Source: Bispira polyomma
Taxonomy: Eukaryota
DNA: 64,000 nucleotides
Direction: 5' to 3'
NCBI GenBank assembly: GCA_965649765.1
Contig: OZ287753.1
Span: 78,120,001 to 78,184,000, forward strand
The notes below the pieces were generated by a model. The model ran no database searches and was not told where the DNA came from. It saw only the letters and a program-made list of their open reading frames with translations. The translations under genes were made by a program, and so were the position numbers. Shown here in pieces: positions 51,401-64,000 of this stretch (its first letter is position 1; each line of letters begins with the position of its first letter).

Positions 51401-51809
51401 ATAATGTGTTGCTTGTTGTGTGCGTAGTTGTTATCATTGCATGTTTTACCTTCAGCATTTAAATCTATTTGCATATTTTATCTTCTCAAAATAAATAATA
51501 CTGATAAGCAATGCATTTTTTTTCCCCCAGCCATTTTTACCATGCAGTGTAATACGAAACTTTTTCCAGCAAGTACCCTTAAAACTGCATTTTGAGAGTA
51601 GCAAATGTGATCTCTTAATGACCTTTAGTAGTTCTAATGTTCCTGTAAAAATAAGTTAGTTTACTCAGCATTTGTAAATTTATTATTGTTTCATTTGTAG
51701 TGTACTGTATTAGAAACGGTGATTTTTGCAAGAAATCTTGTTTTTGATTTGGTTTATTCCGACTCTTTTACAGCCTTATGTCCAAACATGAGAAATTATG
51801 GGCTACATC

Positions 51810-52560
51810 TAATCCTTTTAACTTGGGATCCATCTTGGGGACTTTCTTATTTATTCTTTACACCTCTCTGAGTTATGTTAGTAACAAACATCACTTTTGA
51901 CTCCCTGTTTTCCTTCGATGACCATATCTCTAATGTACGTCCATCTTGATACCTCAAGAGAATCAAAAAATGCGTATCCCATCAAACTTCCATAGTCCTA
52001 GCAAATGCCCTCTTCAGACTTCCAATATCTGCTTCTTGGACTAAAACAGTACCAGCTGCAAAATATACAATCAATCCAAAATCACCTGTGCAAGTTGTGT
52101 GCAATGTGGGATCTCGCATTCATAAGATTCCTTTTCTCAAAAGGCTACAATGGGTACCTGTCGATACCGCATCATTTACCAGACAGAGGTTACTACATAC
52201 AAAGCTGTAAACCTATGTCGGCCCCCATGTCTTGCCTCATTGTTGTCTTTCAGTAGGCTTACAAGGGGAAACAGAATTTAAATCTGTGATACCAGGACAA
52301 GTAACCGATTTGATCTTATGCCTTCTATGTGGAGGACCTACCCTATGGAATAATTTACCAACCAAATACGATCCCAGGAAATTCTCTCTGGTTTTAGAAG
52401 TAAACATATGACCCATCTCTTCACCCTTGCTTATCCTCGCTAGACATTTCTCTTCCAAGTTGCCCCGATCACGAATTTGTTTGGAAACAGGCTTTGATTT
52501 TTACAACCTTGACAATGATGTTAAGCTTTAGGTGCGTTATAACTCGATCGTATCATATCA
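51810..52560 (+). mobile_element. Highly decayed L2-type LINE fragment
   Basis: Remnants of GSILG, ANAL, LQNIQSIQN, GPTLWNNLP and a tail. Confidence 0.55.
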
Positions 52561-53038
52561 GAGATGGCTAATGAGTTTTTCAATAAAGAAGCTTGAGAAT
52601 AGATTGTTTTTCTACAATAGATTGGCAGTGATATTGATTACCAATGATGAAAAAGTTTCACAGAAAAGCCATTACTTTTGACTGACGTAGCCCTTCAAGA
52701 GTTGTACTGTTGTATTCTGGACACATATCTGGACAAGTGGTAGAACCTCTATTATCCAAACTTCTATTATCCGAAAATTCAATTTTATTGCATAAAAATG
52801 GACTTACCTCGTCCTAACAGACGCCATAGTTGATGGCCGTCAACTAGAACACGGTTAAAAAATAGCCGAAAAAGCTATCATACTACCTTAAACCTGTGAT
52901 TCAGTGGTGTACCTATTAAGTCAATTACGACGTGGTCATGTGATCTCGTTTGAATCCTCACAATAGTTTTGACCGTTACAGTGTGCACACCATATTGGAA
53001 TTTTTTTATAAGGTTTTCGTGTTTTTTTTCTTGATATT

Positions 53039-54876
53039 ATGGCGGATGATGGTTCTTTAGTAGTAAAGGGACAATGTTTTATCTGTAAGCATTGGCTTTT
53101 GTCGTGGGATGACCATAATTCATGTATAAAATGTAGATTTAAAGGAAAATATGATTTGTGTGGGCCAGAAATGGCGGAAGAATGTCGTATTTGTTTGGGC
53201 TTTACTGATCAACAAGTAGATATTGTTAAGTCAAGATTTGCTAACTATACTAAAAAGCTCAAGCTAAAAGCTTGGGAAGATATTTTGCTAGGTGATGATA
53301 ATGAGGGTCAGCAGGATGTAGTGAAATCCCCTGTTGTACCGAGTGTACAGGAATCGTTGTCTTTGTTATTGTTACAAGTTGGTAACCTAGCAACTAGGAT
53401 GGATGAGTACGAAATGCCCTCCTCGTTTAGTAAAAAGCACCCGGCAAAATCCACGAAATCTTCGGGGGGAAAATCGTCACACAAGTCTTCAGGGTCTTCC
53501 AAGTCAAAATATACATCTAAATCTGCAAAATCTGACTCCAAGGCTAAATCGACCTCAGCTGCAAGCCTTGACGAGCCTTCAAAGAGCCTTGAGGTTGAGA
53601 CAGACTCTGAGGGAGGCCAGGATTTGTCTACAGGCCAGGAAGGTCTAGCCAGAGATTTTTTGTCAGGAGGCTGTGGGTTTCAGCATACTGACGCCTCCAC
53701 ACGCCCACACAACCGTGTCAGACCCACTAACCAAGATGATATACCTACTGAAGGATTTTTCTGGTTCTGAGGCAGTGCTAGTGCTAGTCCCACTACAGGA
53801 GGGGGATAAGTCATACACAGAGCCAGAAATAGACCCATGTTACTCAGAGATGTTAGCAGCTATCAGGAAGTTACTTGGACTGTCAGTTCAGATACCTGAG
53901 GTGTCTGCTCCTCTATCTTTGTTTAACAAGAAACCATCTAAAAAAGCGTCAACCTTATCTGCTTTGGTATTTCCTCCAGCTGCCAACATGGAGGACGCCT
54001 GGAATTACAGCCAAAGGAAGGCTTCAGGCAGATTCTACAGGCAGTTTAGAGGCTCAGCCTCTTGGAAAGGGACATTTTTATACCTTTGACAAGCCAGTTA
54101 TGAGATGGTATACTACTATACCCCAGTCTTTTGCCTTTTGCCCTGACACCACCTAAGTTACCAGATGGATTTGCCAACATAGCCAGATCTTCATCGATGC
54201 CTTTGATTTATACTCCAGCAAAACAGTATCTGTCTCAAGAGCAGGCTGCAAGAGAGAACGTACAGATTCTAGGCCATGCCTCATGGTTTAGTCTTGCTTT
54301 ACAGGAAATTAATACCAGGATGGCACAATTGTCTGCGGATATCAGAGCTTGTTCTTCCAGGGATGTTTTGAATGAAAAGCTGGATGAGTTAGACCATAAT
54401 ACCCAGCTTTACTCTTCTATCACCACTTCATTGGACACTGATTTAGATACTATTGTAGCCCACAGTATGACCTTAACATGTAATTTTCTACTAAAGGAAG
54501 GGATAATTACTTGAAAAACTGTCATGATCAGGTCACATCAGAGGACTTAAATTTGTTGAGATCAGCCCCTTTTGTGTCCAAGGAAGTTTTTCCTGCAGAC
54601 TTTTTGTCTAGACTAGAGAAACACTACATACAAAGACTTCATGTACCTAAGAACACGGCTTGTTCGAATACAAAGTCAAGCATTCAGGGTTATGACTCTA
54701 GGAGAGACAATTGTCCGAATAATCAGAAGCCCTACACTAGGCCTAACACCCAGCAGTCTCAGAAGAAGTCCGGGGGTTACAGGCAGTTTAACCAGCAGCA
54801 GTCCACAAAGCCTGTATACCAGCCGAACCCGTCCTTTTTTTGTGGCTCTCGCAGAAGAGGAAGTCGGAGGATTTGA
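53039..54876 (+). pseudogene. DIRS ORF1 (gag-like, N-terminal Cys/His finger), frameshifted
   Basis: CFIC...DDHNSCIKCR...C...CRIC finger, S/K-rich linker, and an RR-rich C-terminus spread over 4 frames. Confidence 0.75.
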
Positions 54877-54889
54877 CTATCGCGCCACC

Positions 54890-56660
54890 TTGTGAGCAGG
54901 GGGACGTTTGGAAGGTTTTTATCAGGTATGGAAACATTTTCAAGTACATCCAAGTGTAGTCCTCATGTTACAACATGGTTATTGCCTAGATTTGGAGAAT
55001 TCGGCCAACTTTGGCACGTTTTCCCACAATAAAAAGCAGTTATTCGGATCCTCAGAAGCAAAAATTACTTCTACAGGCAGTAACAGATATGTTAGACAAA
55101 AAGGAAATAGTTCTGATTGTAAGGAGGGCTTCACTAGATTTCTACAGTCACTTGTTCCTAGTTTCAAAACCTCAAAACAAATGGAGACCAATGATAGATT
55201 TGAGTACAGTCAACAAGTTTTTGAATATTCCGACATTCAAAATGGAAACGGCGGAGTCGATTCAGAAGTTGGTGGTCTAGGGCGAATGGGTAATACCGCT
55301 AGATCTCACAGACTCGTATTCTCACATTCCCATTTATTAAACTTGTCAAAAATACCTGCGTTTTCAGGTAGCAGATCAGGCGTACCAGTTTGTAGCTCTG
55401 CCATTCGGCTTGTCATCAGCCCCTCTAGAGTTTACCAGAGTTGTGAAGGAAGTAAAATTTTTAGCTTTGGCTCACAATCTCAGAATACACCAGTATCTTG
55501 ACGACTGGCCATTAAAAACAAAATCTCAAGTGCTGTGTGTTCAGAAAACGCAGGAATTACTGGTTCTAATTCAGAAATAGGCTGGCTAGTAAAAAAATCA
55601 GAACTCCTTCCAACGCAAAAACTCGATTTCTTGGGATACCATTTCAATCTCGAAAACGGTCTGGTATTTCCAACAAAAAAGAAATGTTCTGTACTCGAAG
55701 ATCACATTGTCTCCATTCAAGGTGCAAAGTTTACAACTACAAGGAAGCTAATGTCCCTAATAGGCACCATGGCTTTCATGGAAAAAACAGATTCCATTGG
55801 CAAGGGTTCACATGAGGCCATTCCAATGGTATCTAAAGAGGTACTGGACGTACCATCACTTTCTAGATTTGAGGATTCCAGTAGAGTCCATTTTGCCAAC
55901 TCATCTGGAATGGTGGAAAGATCCCAAGAACCTTTTGAAGGGTTCTCCACTTTATCCAGAAGAACACAGTGTTCTGTTGTTCACGGATGCCTCAAACAAG
56001 AGTTAAGGAGCTCACATAGAAAACCTAAGTGCAAGTGGTCTATGGAGCCCGTCAGAGATAAATCTCCATATAAATCTGTTAGAGATGAAAGCCATGTTTC
56101 TGGCCCTGAAGAGTTTTTAGTCTCAGGTCCAGAACAAAGTTGTTCTGGTGGCATCAGACAACACCACAGTGGTGTCTTATGTCAACAAGCAAGGGGGGAC
56201 ACATTCCGTGAGTCTGGAGGCTCATGGCATGGACGAATGTCAGGGGCATACAGATAAGAGCCAGACATGTTCCTGGAAGTATGAATGTGATTGCCGACTC
56301 CTTGTCAAGGATGGACAGGACCATTCAGACCGAGTGGCCTCTTTACCCAAAGATGTTCAGTGCAATTTGCAAATAGTGGCACAAACCAATAATAGACATT
56401 TTTGCGACCAAGCTCAATCACAAGCTTCCACTGTATGTATCTCCTGTTCCAGAGAGTCAAGCTTGGGCAGTAGATGCATTGAACATCTCTTGGGAGGGTC
56501 TGGATGGTTGTTTATTGTCCAGTCGCAGTGCTGTCGCAAGTGATTCAAAAGATAATCACTTACGACTGTCGAATGCTCTGCCGCAGTGGGAATTGCTATT
56601 GAAACAGCCATTTAATCACAAATTCCACAGCAATCTGGAGTTTCTGAATCTTCATGTTTG
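54890..56660 (+). pseudogene. DIRS pol: RT + RNase H + adenine-methyltransferase-like domain, frameshifted
   Basis: FYSHLFLV..WRPMIDL..FKMET, ALPFGL, YLDDW, KSELLPTQ..FLG, LFTDAS, HINLLEM, SDNTTVVSYVNKQGGT, NVIADSLSR, DIFATKLN..DALNISW. Confidence 0.9.
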
Positions 56661-56689
56661 GTATCTTCAGTCAGAGGTCAAAGTTCTGG

Positions 56690-57512
56690 AAGATTCTCGC
56701 TTTTGGTGGAAAACAGAATTAAGGCGCCTCAGAGGGAATCTACCAGAAAAATGTATCAGTCAAGGTGGTCCATTTTTGGGAAATGGTGTGGGGAGAACAA
56801 GGTGGATTTCAAAGCACCTACTATTCCGCAAGTAGCTGAATTTTTAATTTTCTTTTTTCAGAGAAAGGCTTAAAACTATCTACTATTGTAGGTTACAGGA
56901 CAGCTATTGTGAATGGCTTGGGTTTATTGGGCGAGGCTATCTCAAAGAGTGTTGAGCTTAATAGACTTTTGGCTAGCTTTTATAGGGACAAGCCTAGGGC
57001 TAACAGGGCTATTCCATCTTGGGATTTGGCTTTGGTACTTTTAGCTCTAACAAAACCAACATTTGAGACTTTACATGAAGCATCCTTGAAATTATTGACT
57101 TTTAAGACTGTTCTTAATGGCTTTGGCTTCAGGGAAGAGGAGTGAGATCCATGCATGGACTCATTCTTCATTGAGATTCAGGGAAGGTTGGACTGAGGTT
57201 ACAGTTTCACGTTCTCCTGCTTTTCTAGGTCAGAACCAGTTAGCTTCAGATGGCCCAGATTCACTCAGGCCAGGGGTTGTTCCAGCCTTAAAGCCTACTC
57301 TTGATAAGTCTTTGGTTGAGGATTTTTTCTTGTGTCCAGTGAGGTCATTGAAGTATTACTTAGATATAACTAAGGATTTGAGGTCAGACAAGAATCTTTT
57401 GTTTGTATCTATGAAACAAGGTTTTTCTATGGATATTTCCAGGTCTACCATTTCTTTGTGGCAAAAACGGACTATTCTGTTTTGTTACAAGAATTGTGAC
57501 CAGTGTAGATAG
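56690..57512 (+). pseudogene. DIRS tyrosine recombinase, frameshifted and C-terminally truncated
   Basis: YQSRWSIF..WC, PSWDL..VL, LLTFKT, ALASGKR(R)SEIHA, CPVRSLKYY, LFVS, ISRSTISLW. No HxxR or catalytic Tyr segment is seen. Confidence 0.88.
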
Positions 57513-57761
57513 TATACACTACAGCCTGTACATATGTTTGCTGTTATTGAGGATTTGATGTTGTGCAGATGACGTGATCTTCAAATCTCTGAGAGAGCAC
57601 ATCGGCACTTCCTCGATCATATTGCCTGGTGATGGGATTGTTTAGAAGTTACTTGTTTTCTACCATCAGACATCATATTTTGTTTGGTGAGTGAAATATT
57701 GGCATATTCTGTACTAACTTATCTCAGTAGTTTTGTATTATGTCAAGTACTTCTTCAAATG

Positions 57762-57764
<3 letters not shown>

Positions 57765-57791
<27 letters not shown>
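57765..57791. repeat. (TA)n microsatellite. Others: (TA)n ~21640 and ~22056, (CA)n ~20829, (AG)n ~663
   Basis: Directly visible. Confidence 0.9.
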
Positions 57792-57795
<4 letters not shown>

Positions 57796-60594
57796 CTATC
57801 TATATATGTTTTATATGTCATTTATATGGGTATTGGATTTGTCATTATGGATTTTCATTGTCTATTTTTCCATAGGTGATGTTATTTCCTGTATATTATT
57901 CCTATATTATTTGTGTTAGTTGATGGCCATCAACTATAGCGTCTATTAGGACGAGGTAAGTATTTTTATTTATAAAAATTATAATTACAAATAAAATTAA
58001 CCAATTTTATTGTTTTCCTATTGTTTTAAACTATAATAAGGCTTCTGTTTTATATATGAACAGTCTTTTATCCAAACAGACTTACTCTCCAAAGAGGTTC
58101 TACTGTACATGTATTTGCACAGTGTGTCGTACATTGCGCAACTTTTTAGGTAGATCTGTGGCCCTTTTTACAGAAATCTCTCCAGTCATGGGTTCCAATC
58201 TCCACCCTGCCATGAGTGTGGGAAAGTTTGCAGTAGGCTTGCCAAAGGCCAGCTGTTTGCAGAGCAGAAAAGCATGACCATCAACCAGGCAATGATTTCG
58301 TCCACAAGTTAACGGACCATCAATATGTGTAGTGAAAGAGATGTTAAAGGTAAACTAAAAGTTCATATTTGACTTGGCATTCTCTTGCATATGTTTTTTG
58401 TGCAGTAATTGAATAGAGAGATTTTGCACAGCTATAAATTGTGGCTTTGGATAATACTTCTTTCCTATGTAGGTTGGATATAGCCTTGTTTGACCCCTGT
58501 TTTAGATTTGGTCCAGCTCATTAACATAGACCTGCTAGTGTTTAAAATTTAATTCTAATATCAGTAGCATATCTAGGATTTCCAAAGGGGGGGGCATGGA
58601 TTGTCTTGTTTTTCAGAAAGTGCACAGGGAGATTGTAAAAGATACAGTTTGATGTTTTAGACTGATTACTTTTACGCAAAAAATACTTTGTTCCTCAGCG
58701 ATATATTATCTTGTATTGTAACCAAATGAAAGAGTTATTTTGGATTGACCTAAAACATATTTCATGAAGCCTTTTCTCTGCTTTTATATATAAACTTATT
58801 CCTAATTCTGGTTCCCAGAGTTGGAAACATTTAAAAGTCGATTCATCAGCACTTAAAATATCATAAAATCTTGACTTTCTTTCTTAGACTTCATTAGAAA
58901 AGGAAAATGACTGTGATAATAAGCTTTTGAGTGAGATTTGCAGTATTTGATATGTCTGAAAGTCAATAGATATATGGTTCAGAACTGGTTCTTAGTTTTT
59001 TCAACAATTAATAAGGACCATCATGATCCAACATACAAAAGTCTGGAGATTAATTCAAGATTAATGTTTCTAGGTGAATCCAATGTGATCCCATGTCAAC
59101 GTGGCCAAGATACCTTAAGACCTTTAATATAACACTTAAGATCAATCAATTTTAATCCTTGTATGTATCCCCTATTGTTTTGATTGATGTTATCTGATTT
59201 ACTAACCCAGATATATTTATATATAATGCTTCTAGCTTTTGTATGAATTTAATTGAAGGGGTTGGGATGGAGATCAAAAAGTGGTTGAACATTTGTAAAA
59301 TCAGATTCTATAACACTGTGATTTCCCCATAGGCGTTAGATACTGTTTTTCCAACTGTTCAATAAAAATTACTACTTTAGCAAATATCTATCCCTGGAAA
59401 CTGAAGGGAATTTTTCAAAATCAGCCTTCCATATAATTTTTAAACAAGGAAATCTGCTGTACTAAGATTTCCTATTGCGAGGAACCGAAGAAAAATAAAA
59501 GAATATTTTTGGGTTGTCGACTACTTGCCAACATAGGTTCCGGGAGTAACAAATGCTGTGAAAGGGTTAATTTCTTTACTGCATCAAATTTATATTTGAA
59601 AATCTCTTTTTACAATTCAAATCTATTTTTATCGATATTTACCTTTAAATCTGACATTCAACCATATGTGTCCAATGTATTCAGTACTAACCTAGGATTT
59701 TTTCCTTTTATAGAGCTGACATTTTTTCTCATAGGAAGCAATATTTTGAACACAAGATACATAAGTATGGTACTAAAGGATCGCATTGTTGACAACCTTT
59801 TTTCATGTTCATAAATTGAGACATTACACCATACTGTATCGCAGTTGCTTTGTGTATTTGTTGAACGTTTGGATCTATCTTATCAGACTCTTGTCAAAAC
59901 TTACATATTTCCCTCCAAAATTTAAGAAATTTTCATGATATAGAATGAAAGGCTTTCTGAAAATCCACAAGCATTAAATGCTAGAATGTTTTCTTGTTCA
60001 GTATGTTCTATTTTATCATAGACAATTAAGTCTGATATATTTTTTACATCTGTACCTTGAAAAATTTTGATATAAATTCATTATAACAAAAACACAGTCC
60101 CAAATTAAATTGTAATATTATACATTGCCAAATTGGAAAAAATATTTACCACTAAAACCTCAATATATATAGTTGGATCATTATTTTCACAATACAAAAT
60201 ATATGGAGCTCCATTGCAGGTAAAAAATAGCTTAAATTTATGCGATTTTCGGGAGTTAATATTTTATGGTCTAAAATCATTATTATTCAACAGATTCACA
60301 AATATACTTAATAAAAACCTTTACTATAACCAAGTTATTTATGTATTCATTTTAGTTTTTTATTCACAATTTCACCAACGTTGTTTCAAACCATTTCCTC
60401 AAACTTTGTAGTTAGGCGATGGTGATATATTTTTAGATATATTTTTAGAAAGAGGTGTAGCCTTTAACTCAATGTAATAGCAACATATTTATATTTTCAT
60501 AAGTCCAAACAATAAAGAATAACCTACATTATAATCAGTACCTGTTGATTTATACATGTCAAGTGTCATATTCAACAGTTATTTCCTATAAATC

Positions 60595-60796
60595 TGTTAT
60601 GCGTGTAGGATAGGAGTAAAGTATACACACAGGTAAACAAAACTTATCACTATTTGTTAAGTATCCATTTCAGTATCAGCACACAGTACTTTATATTTAT
60701 TTTATAATGCACGATCGGTCAAGCGGTCCAAGGTCAACAAGCTACATCCAAAACGAGGCTCCCGGTACTTACTAAAACTCGGGAGGCGATATAACA
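60595..60796 (-). repeat. 3' LTR (202 bp)
   Basis: TGTTAT...ATAACA inverted ends, preceded on the minus strand by the PPT aaagagagggcag. Internal TATAAAAATAAA. Confidence 0.8.
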
Positions 60797-61041
60797 ACTG
60801 CCCTCTCTTTAAAAGAATAAGTCTTTAACTTTTGATGCTCAAAAATTCCTTTTCCCATTAAGCACACTAATATTGTAACCACACAATGTTCAAAAGTCCA
60901 ATGTATAAAACTTAAATACTGTGTTAGTTCCAAAAAAAGTCTGTTAACTAAAAACATCATAACATGAAAATTACACAAAATGTTCACTCTGAGATAGGGG
61001 ATATCTTTTAGTTTTAAACTTTTATTTTTTAAAACACCAAA

Positions 61042-63962
61042 TTAATAAAATCTCTGCGGCGGTCTTCTCTCCCTCTCCGGGTATCTCCTGCCTGCCTCCA
61101 CTGTCACTGAGGGTTTCCCCTGGGTGGTCACGGTATCCGAAACGAGGTTTAATGGTTGTTCTCTGTCATTTTGTTCAGTGTCCTGTGAGCTACTATCACC
61201 GCTAGGTGTATCTCGAGCGTTAATCTCATCTGGGAACATGAGCAACGGTGGCGTGAAACTTTGAGTGATAGGCACATGTTCTTGGACAATCTTTGAACAA
61301 TCAGACTTTGGTATAAAACAAGACCGTAATTGGTCTTCATATCTTTTCCACACAATATCTTCTACTTTAACTTCATAATTTCCGGGACTGACTATTTTAA
61401 GCACCACTCCAGGTATCCAACGAGCGCCTCGTCCAAAATTTAACACAAACACCGGATCGTTCACCTTGAACTTTGCCACACAGTCAATGTTTTCTTGAAA
61501 AATTTTAACCTCTTGTGTTAAACTTTTGGACCTTAATGCACTGAGCCTTATTCTAGGCTGTCTGTTTGTCAATAATTCAGAAGGTGACTTCCCTAATGAA
61601 GTAGGGATAGCTCTGTAGGTTAACAAAAATCTATTCAATTTGGTTTGTAACGACTCCCCTGTGTTCCCAATCTTACTGATTTTTCTTTTAAAATCACCCA
61701 CATATCTTTCAGCAAGTCCATTTGTAGCTGGATGCCCAGGGGAGGTTGTAGTATGGTGAACATCATTTTCAGAGAGAAATTGTTTGAACTCACCACTGGT
61801 AAACTGTGAACCATTGTCTGTGACAATATGTTCAGGTAATCCAAAGTAGCTGAAAATATGTCTAAGTGCAGCAATCGTGTTGGCAGATGTAGCATTGGTC
61901 ATTGGCACAGTATTAACATATTTTGAGTATGCATCGACTAAAACCAGGAACATTTTATCCATGAATGGACCCGCAAAGTCTAAGTGTAAACATTTCCATG
62001 GCCCTCCAGGCCAGGACCAAGATACGGGCTTGGGTGAAGGTGAAGATAGAGATGCTTCCTGACAAGCGACACACATTTTAACAGTTTCCTCAATTTCCTG
62101 ATCCATTTTAGGCCACCACATGTACCTCCTTGCTAATTGTTTCATTTTTACCATCCCCATGTGTGCTGAATGCAAATCCTTGAATAGGATTTCACGCAAG
62201 GAGTCTGGTATAATAACTCTGCTATCCCACAATAAAATGTCATCCTCATTTGCCAACTCGAGCCTTTTCCTATAGAAAGGAAGTAATTCAGAGTCCACAT
62301 CAGATAGCCAGCCCGACTTAACAAACTGTAAAACCTTGTACAAAATGAGATCTCTCTTGGTTTCAGTATGAACAGTTTTTGCCCTCACTGTGTTATCCAT
62401 GTCAACGAATAAAACATTTGAAGTAACACTTTCCAATGGTGTAGGTTTTCCCTCAATAGGTTTCCTAGACAGGAAATCTGCACACACATTGTCCTTACCG
62501 GATATGAATGTGATCGTGTAGTTGTAGGCTGCAAAGATAAGTGCCCACCGCTTAATACGACCTGAAGCCAACTGAGGTACACCTTGGTGTTCCCCTAACA
62601 ATGTTATCAGTGATTTGTGGTCTGTAAACAGCTGAAAATGTCTGCCCAGCAAGTATTGTCTAAATTTAATCACACCAAAAATTATGGCTAGAGATTCCCT
62701 TTCTATTTGTGAGTAGTTACATTCGGCACTGTTTAGAATCCTTGAAGTGTAAGCCACGGGCTGTAGATTGCCACTATCATTTGGTTGTAACACTGCTCCT
62801 ACTCCGACTGAGGAGGCATCACACTTTAAAACCAAAGTTTCCTTTTGATTATAATGTTTCAAAACAGTTTCTGAGCACAGAAGGCCTCTGATTTTTTCAA
62901 AAGCCTCTGACTGTGTTCTTCCCCACTTCCACACAGATTTTCTACTCAGCAGCCTGTACAAAGGGGACATGACTTTTGCAAAATCTGGAACAAATCTTCA
63001 CAGAAAGTTTGCAGTTCCGATGAAAGATTACAGTTCACCCACATTTGAAGGGGGTTTAGCCTCTTTCAAGGTTTTCACCTTGTCTGGTGTAGGTGAAATC
63101 CCTTCGCTGGATATGGTATATCCCAAATATGTGATTTCTGTCATCATGTAATGAAATTTGTCTTCCTTCAATTTTAGTCCACAATCTTGCAATTTGGCTA
63201 GTACTCGGTCCAGATTTTCTCGGTGTTTTTCATCGTTTTCTCCTGCAATCAGAATATCATCCACATACACACAACAACCGGGTAAATCCTGTAATACATT
63301 TTCCATCATTCTCTGGAATATCGACACTGCACTATTGATGCCATATGTAAGTCGGTTGTACTGAAAAAGTCCCTTTATTGTATTAATAGTGGTGTATTTC
63401 CTGCTTTCTGGGGTTAATTCCAATTGATGATAAGCTTGGGAAAGGTCAAGCTTTGTGTACTTCTTCCCACCAGTGAGCCTGTGAAGAAGCTCTTCAATAG
63501 TAGAAATAGGGTACTGTTCCAAATCTGAATACTTGTTTACAGACACAGAGTAATCCCCGCAAATCCTTAAATCTCCACTAGGTTTGAGAACAGGAACGTT
63601 CGGTGAGGCCCACTCGGAAAATTCAACCTTCTCAATAATTCCTTCAGCTTGAAGTTTGTCCAGGGCCTTTTCATACTGACCACGAATTGAGAATGAAACA
63701 GGTCTTGGTTTAAAAAAACTGGTTTGTCATCCTTGACACGCAAACCCACCTGAATATCTTTGAGTTTCCCCACCACATTTGTGTCAAACAAATTTGAGAA
63801 TTTCTGCAACACTTGATCTCTTTCTGAGATACTGATGTTGAATATAGTATGCCATGGAAGTTTAAATTTTGTCATCAAGTCCCGACCAATTAAAGAAGGT
63901 CCTTTAGTCTCAACCACACGAATGACAAGATTATCCCTTTGGTTTCCAATCTGTACTGTCAT
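61042..63962 (-). pseudogene. Gypsy pol (RT-RH-IN); 642-aa RH-IN segment open, frameshifts upstream
   Basis: ORF track 61042-62970, 63028-63546 and 63567-63962. Confidence 0.92.
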
Positions 63963-64000
63963 AACTTTCTCCCCTATGCATTTAATAGTGCTACCAGTGT

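Larger units (their letters stand above)
52781..57980 (+). mobile_element. DIRS1-type tyrosine-recombinase retrotransposon, decayed
   Basis: Inverted terminal repeats at 52781-52847 and 57916-57980. Domain order is gag-like, RT, RNase H, methyltransferase-like, YR. Confidence 0.92.
52738..58105. mobile_element. Tc1/pogo-like MITE split by the DIRS insertion (halves ~52738-52780 and ~57981-58105)
   Basis: Left gtagaacctctattatcc.., right ..agaggttctactg|ta; the ends are inverted complements. Confidence 0.65.
60595..64000 (-). mobile_element. Ty3/gypsy LTR retrotransposon (Mag/K02A2.6-like), 3' part; continues past the window
   Basis: Order is protease end, RT (YVDD), RNase H (CDAS, YSQIERE), integrase (H..H..C..C, LHLDFAGP, VTDNG, NGLAER), PPT, 3' LTR. 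Confidence 0.95.

Noticed and set aside
53308-57171. Antisense ORFs within DIRS (and likewise within the L2 and gypsy copies)
   Set aside because: They are short shadow frames of TE coding sequence with no independent evidence.

Overview
AT-rich animal genomic DNA, probably mollusc or another lophotrochozoan (inferred from the SINE types). One complete multi-exon gene can be reconstructed by hand on the + strand (38221/38460-48488): a deoxyribonucleoside kinase of the Dm-dNK/TK2/dCK family. It has two candidate N-terminal exons, one acidic and one resembling a mitochondrial presequence, and an atypical base-specificity pocket. A lone signal-peptide-like first exon lies on the - strand at 20685-20766. 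The rest is mostly mobile DNA. This includes a decayed DIRS1-type tyrosine-recombinase retrotransposon with ITRs (52781-57980) nested in a MITE, and a Ty3/gypsy element with a 202-bp 3' LTR that runs off the right edge. There are many L2-type LINE pieces, one an RT-deleted near-full-length copy with a 2A-like motif and two nested insertions. There are also an L1/Tx1 fragment, tRNA-derived SINEs, several MITEs and minisatellites. The first 13.5 kb is an old, rearranged tandem duplication of a ~5-7 kb unit that may hold decayed exons. All calls were made by eye. No database search was run, and repeat boundaries are approximate unless TSDs or TIRs are quoted.
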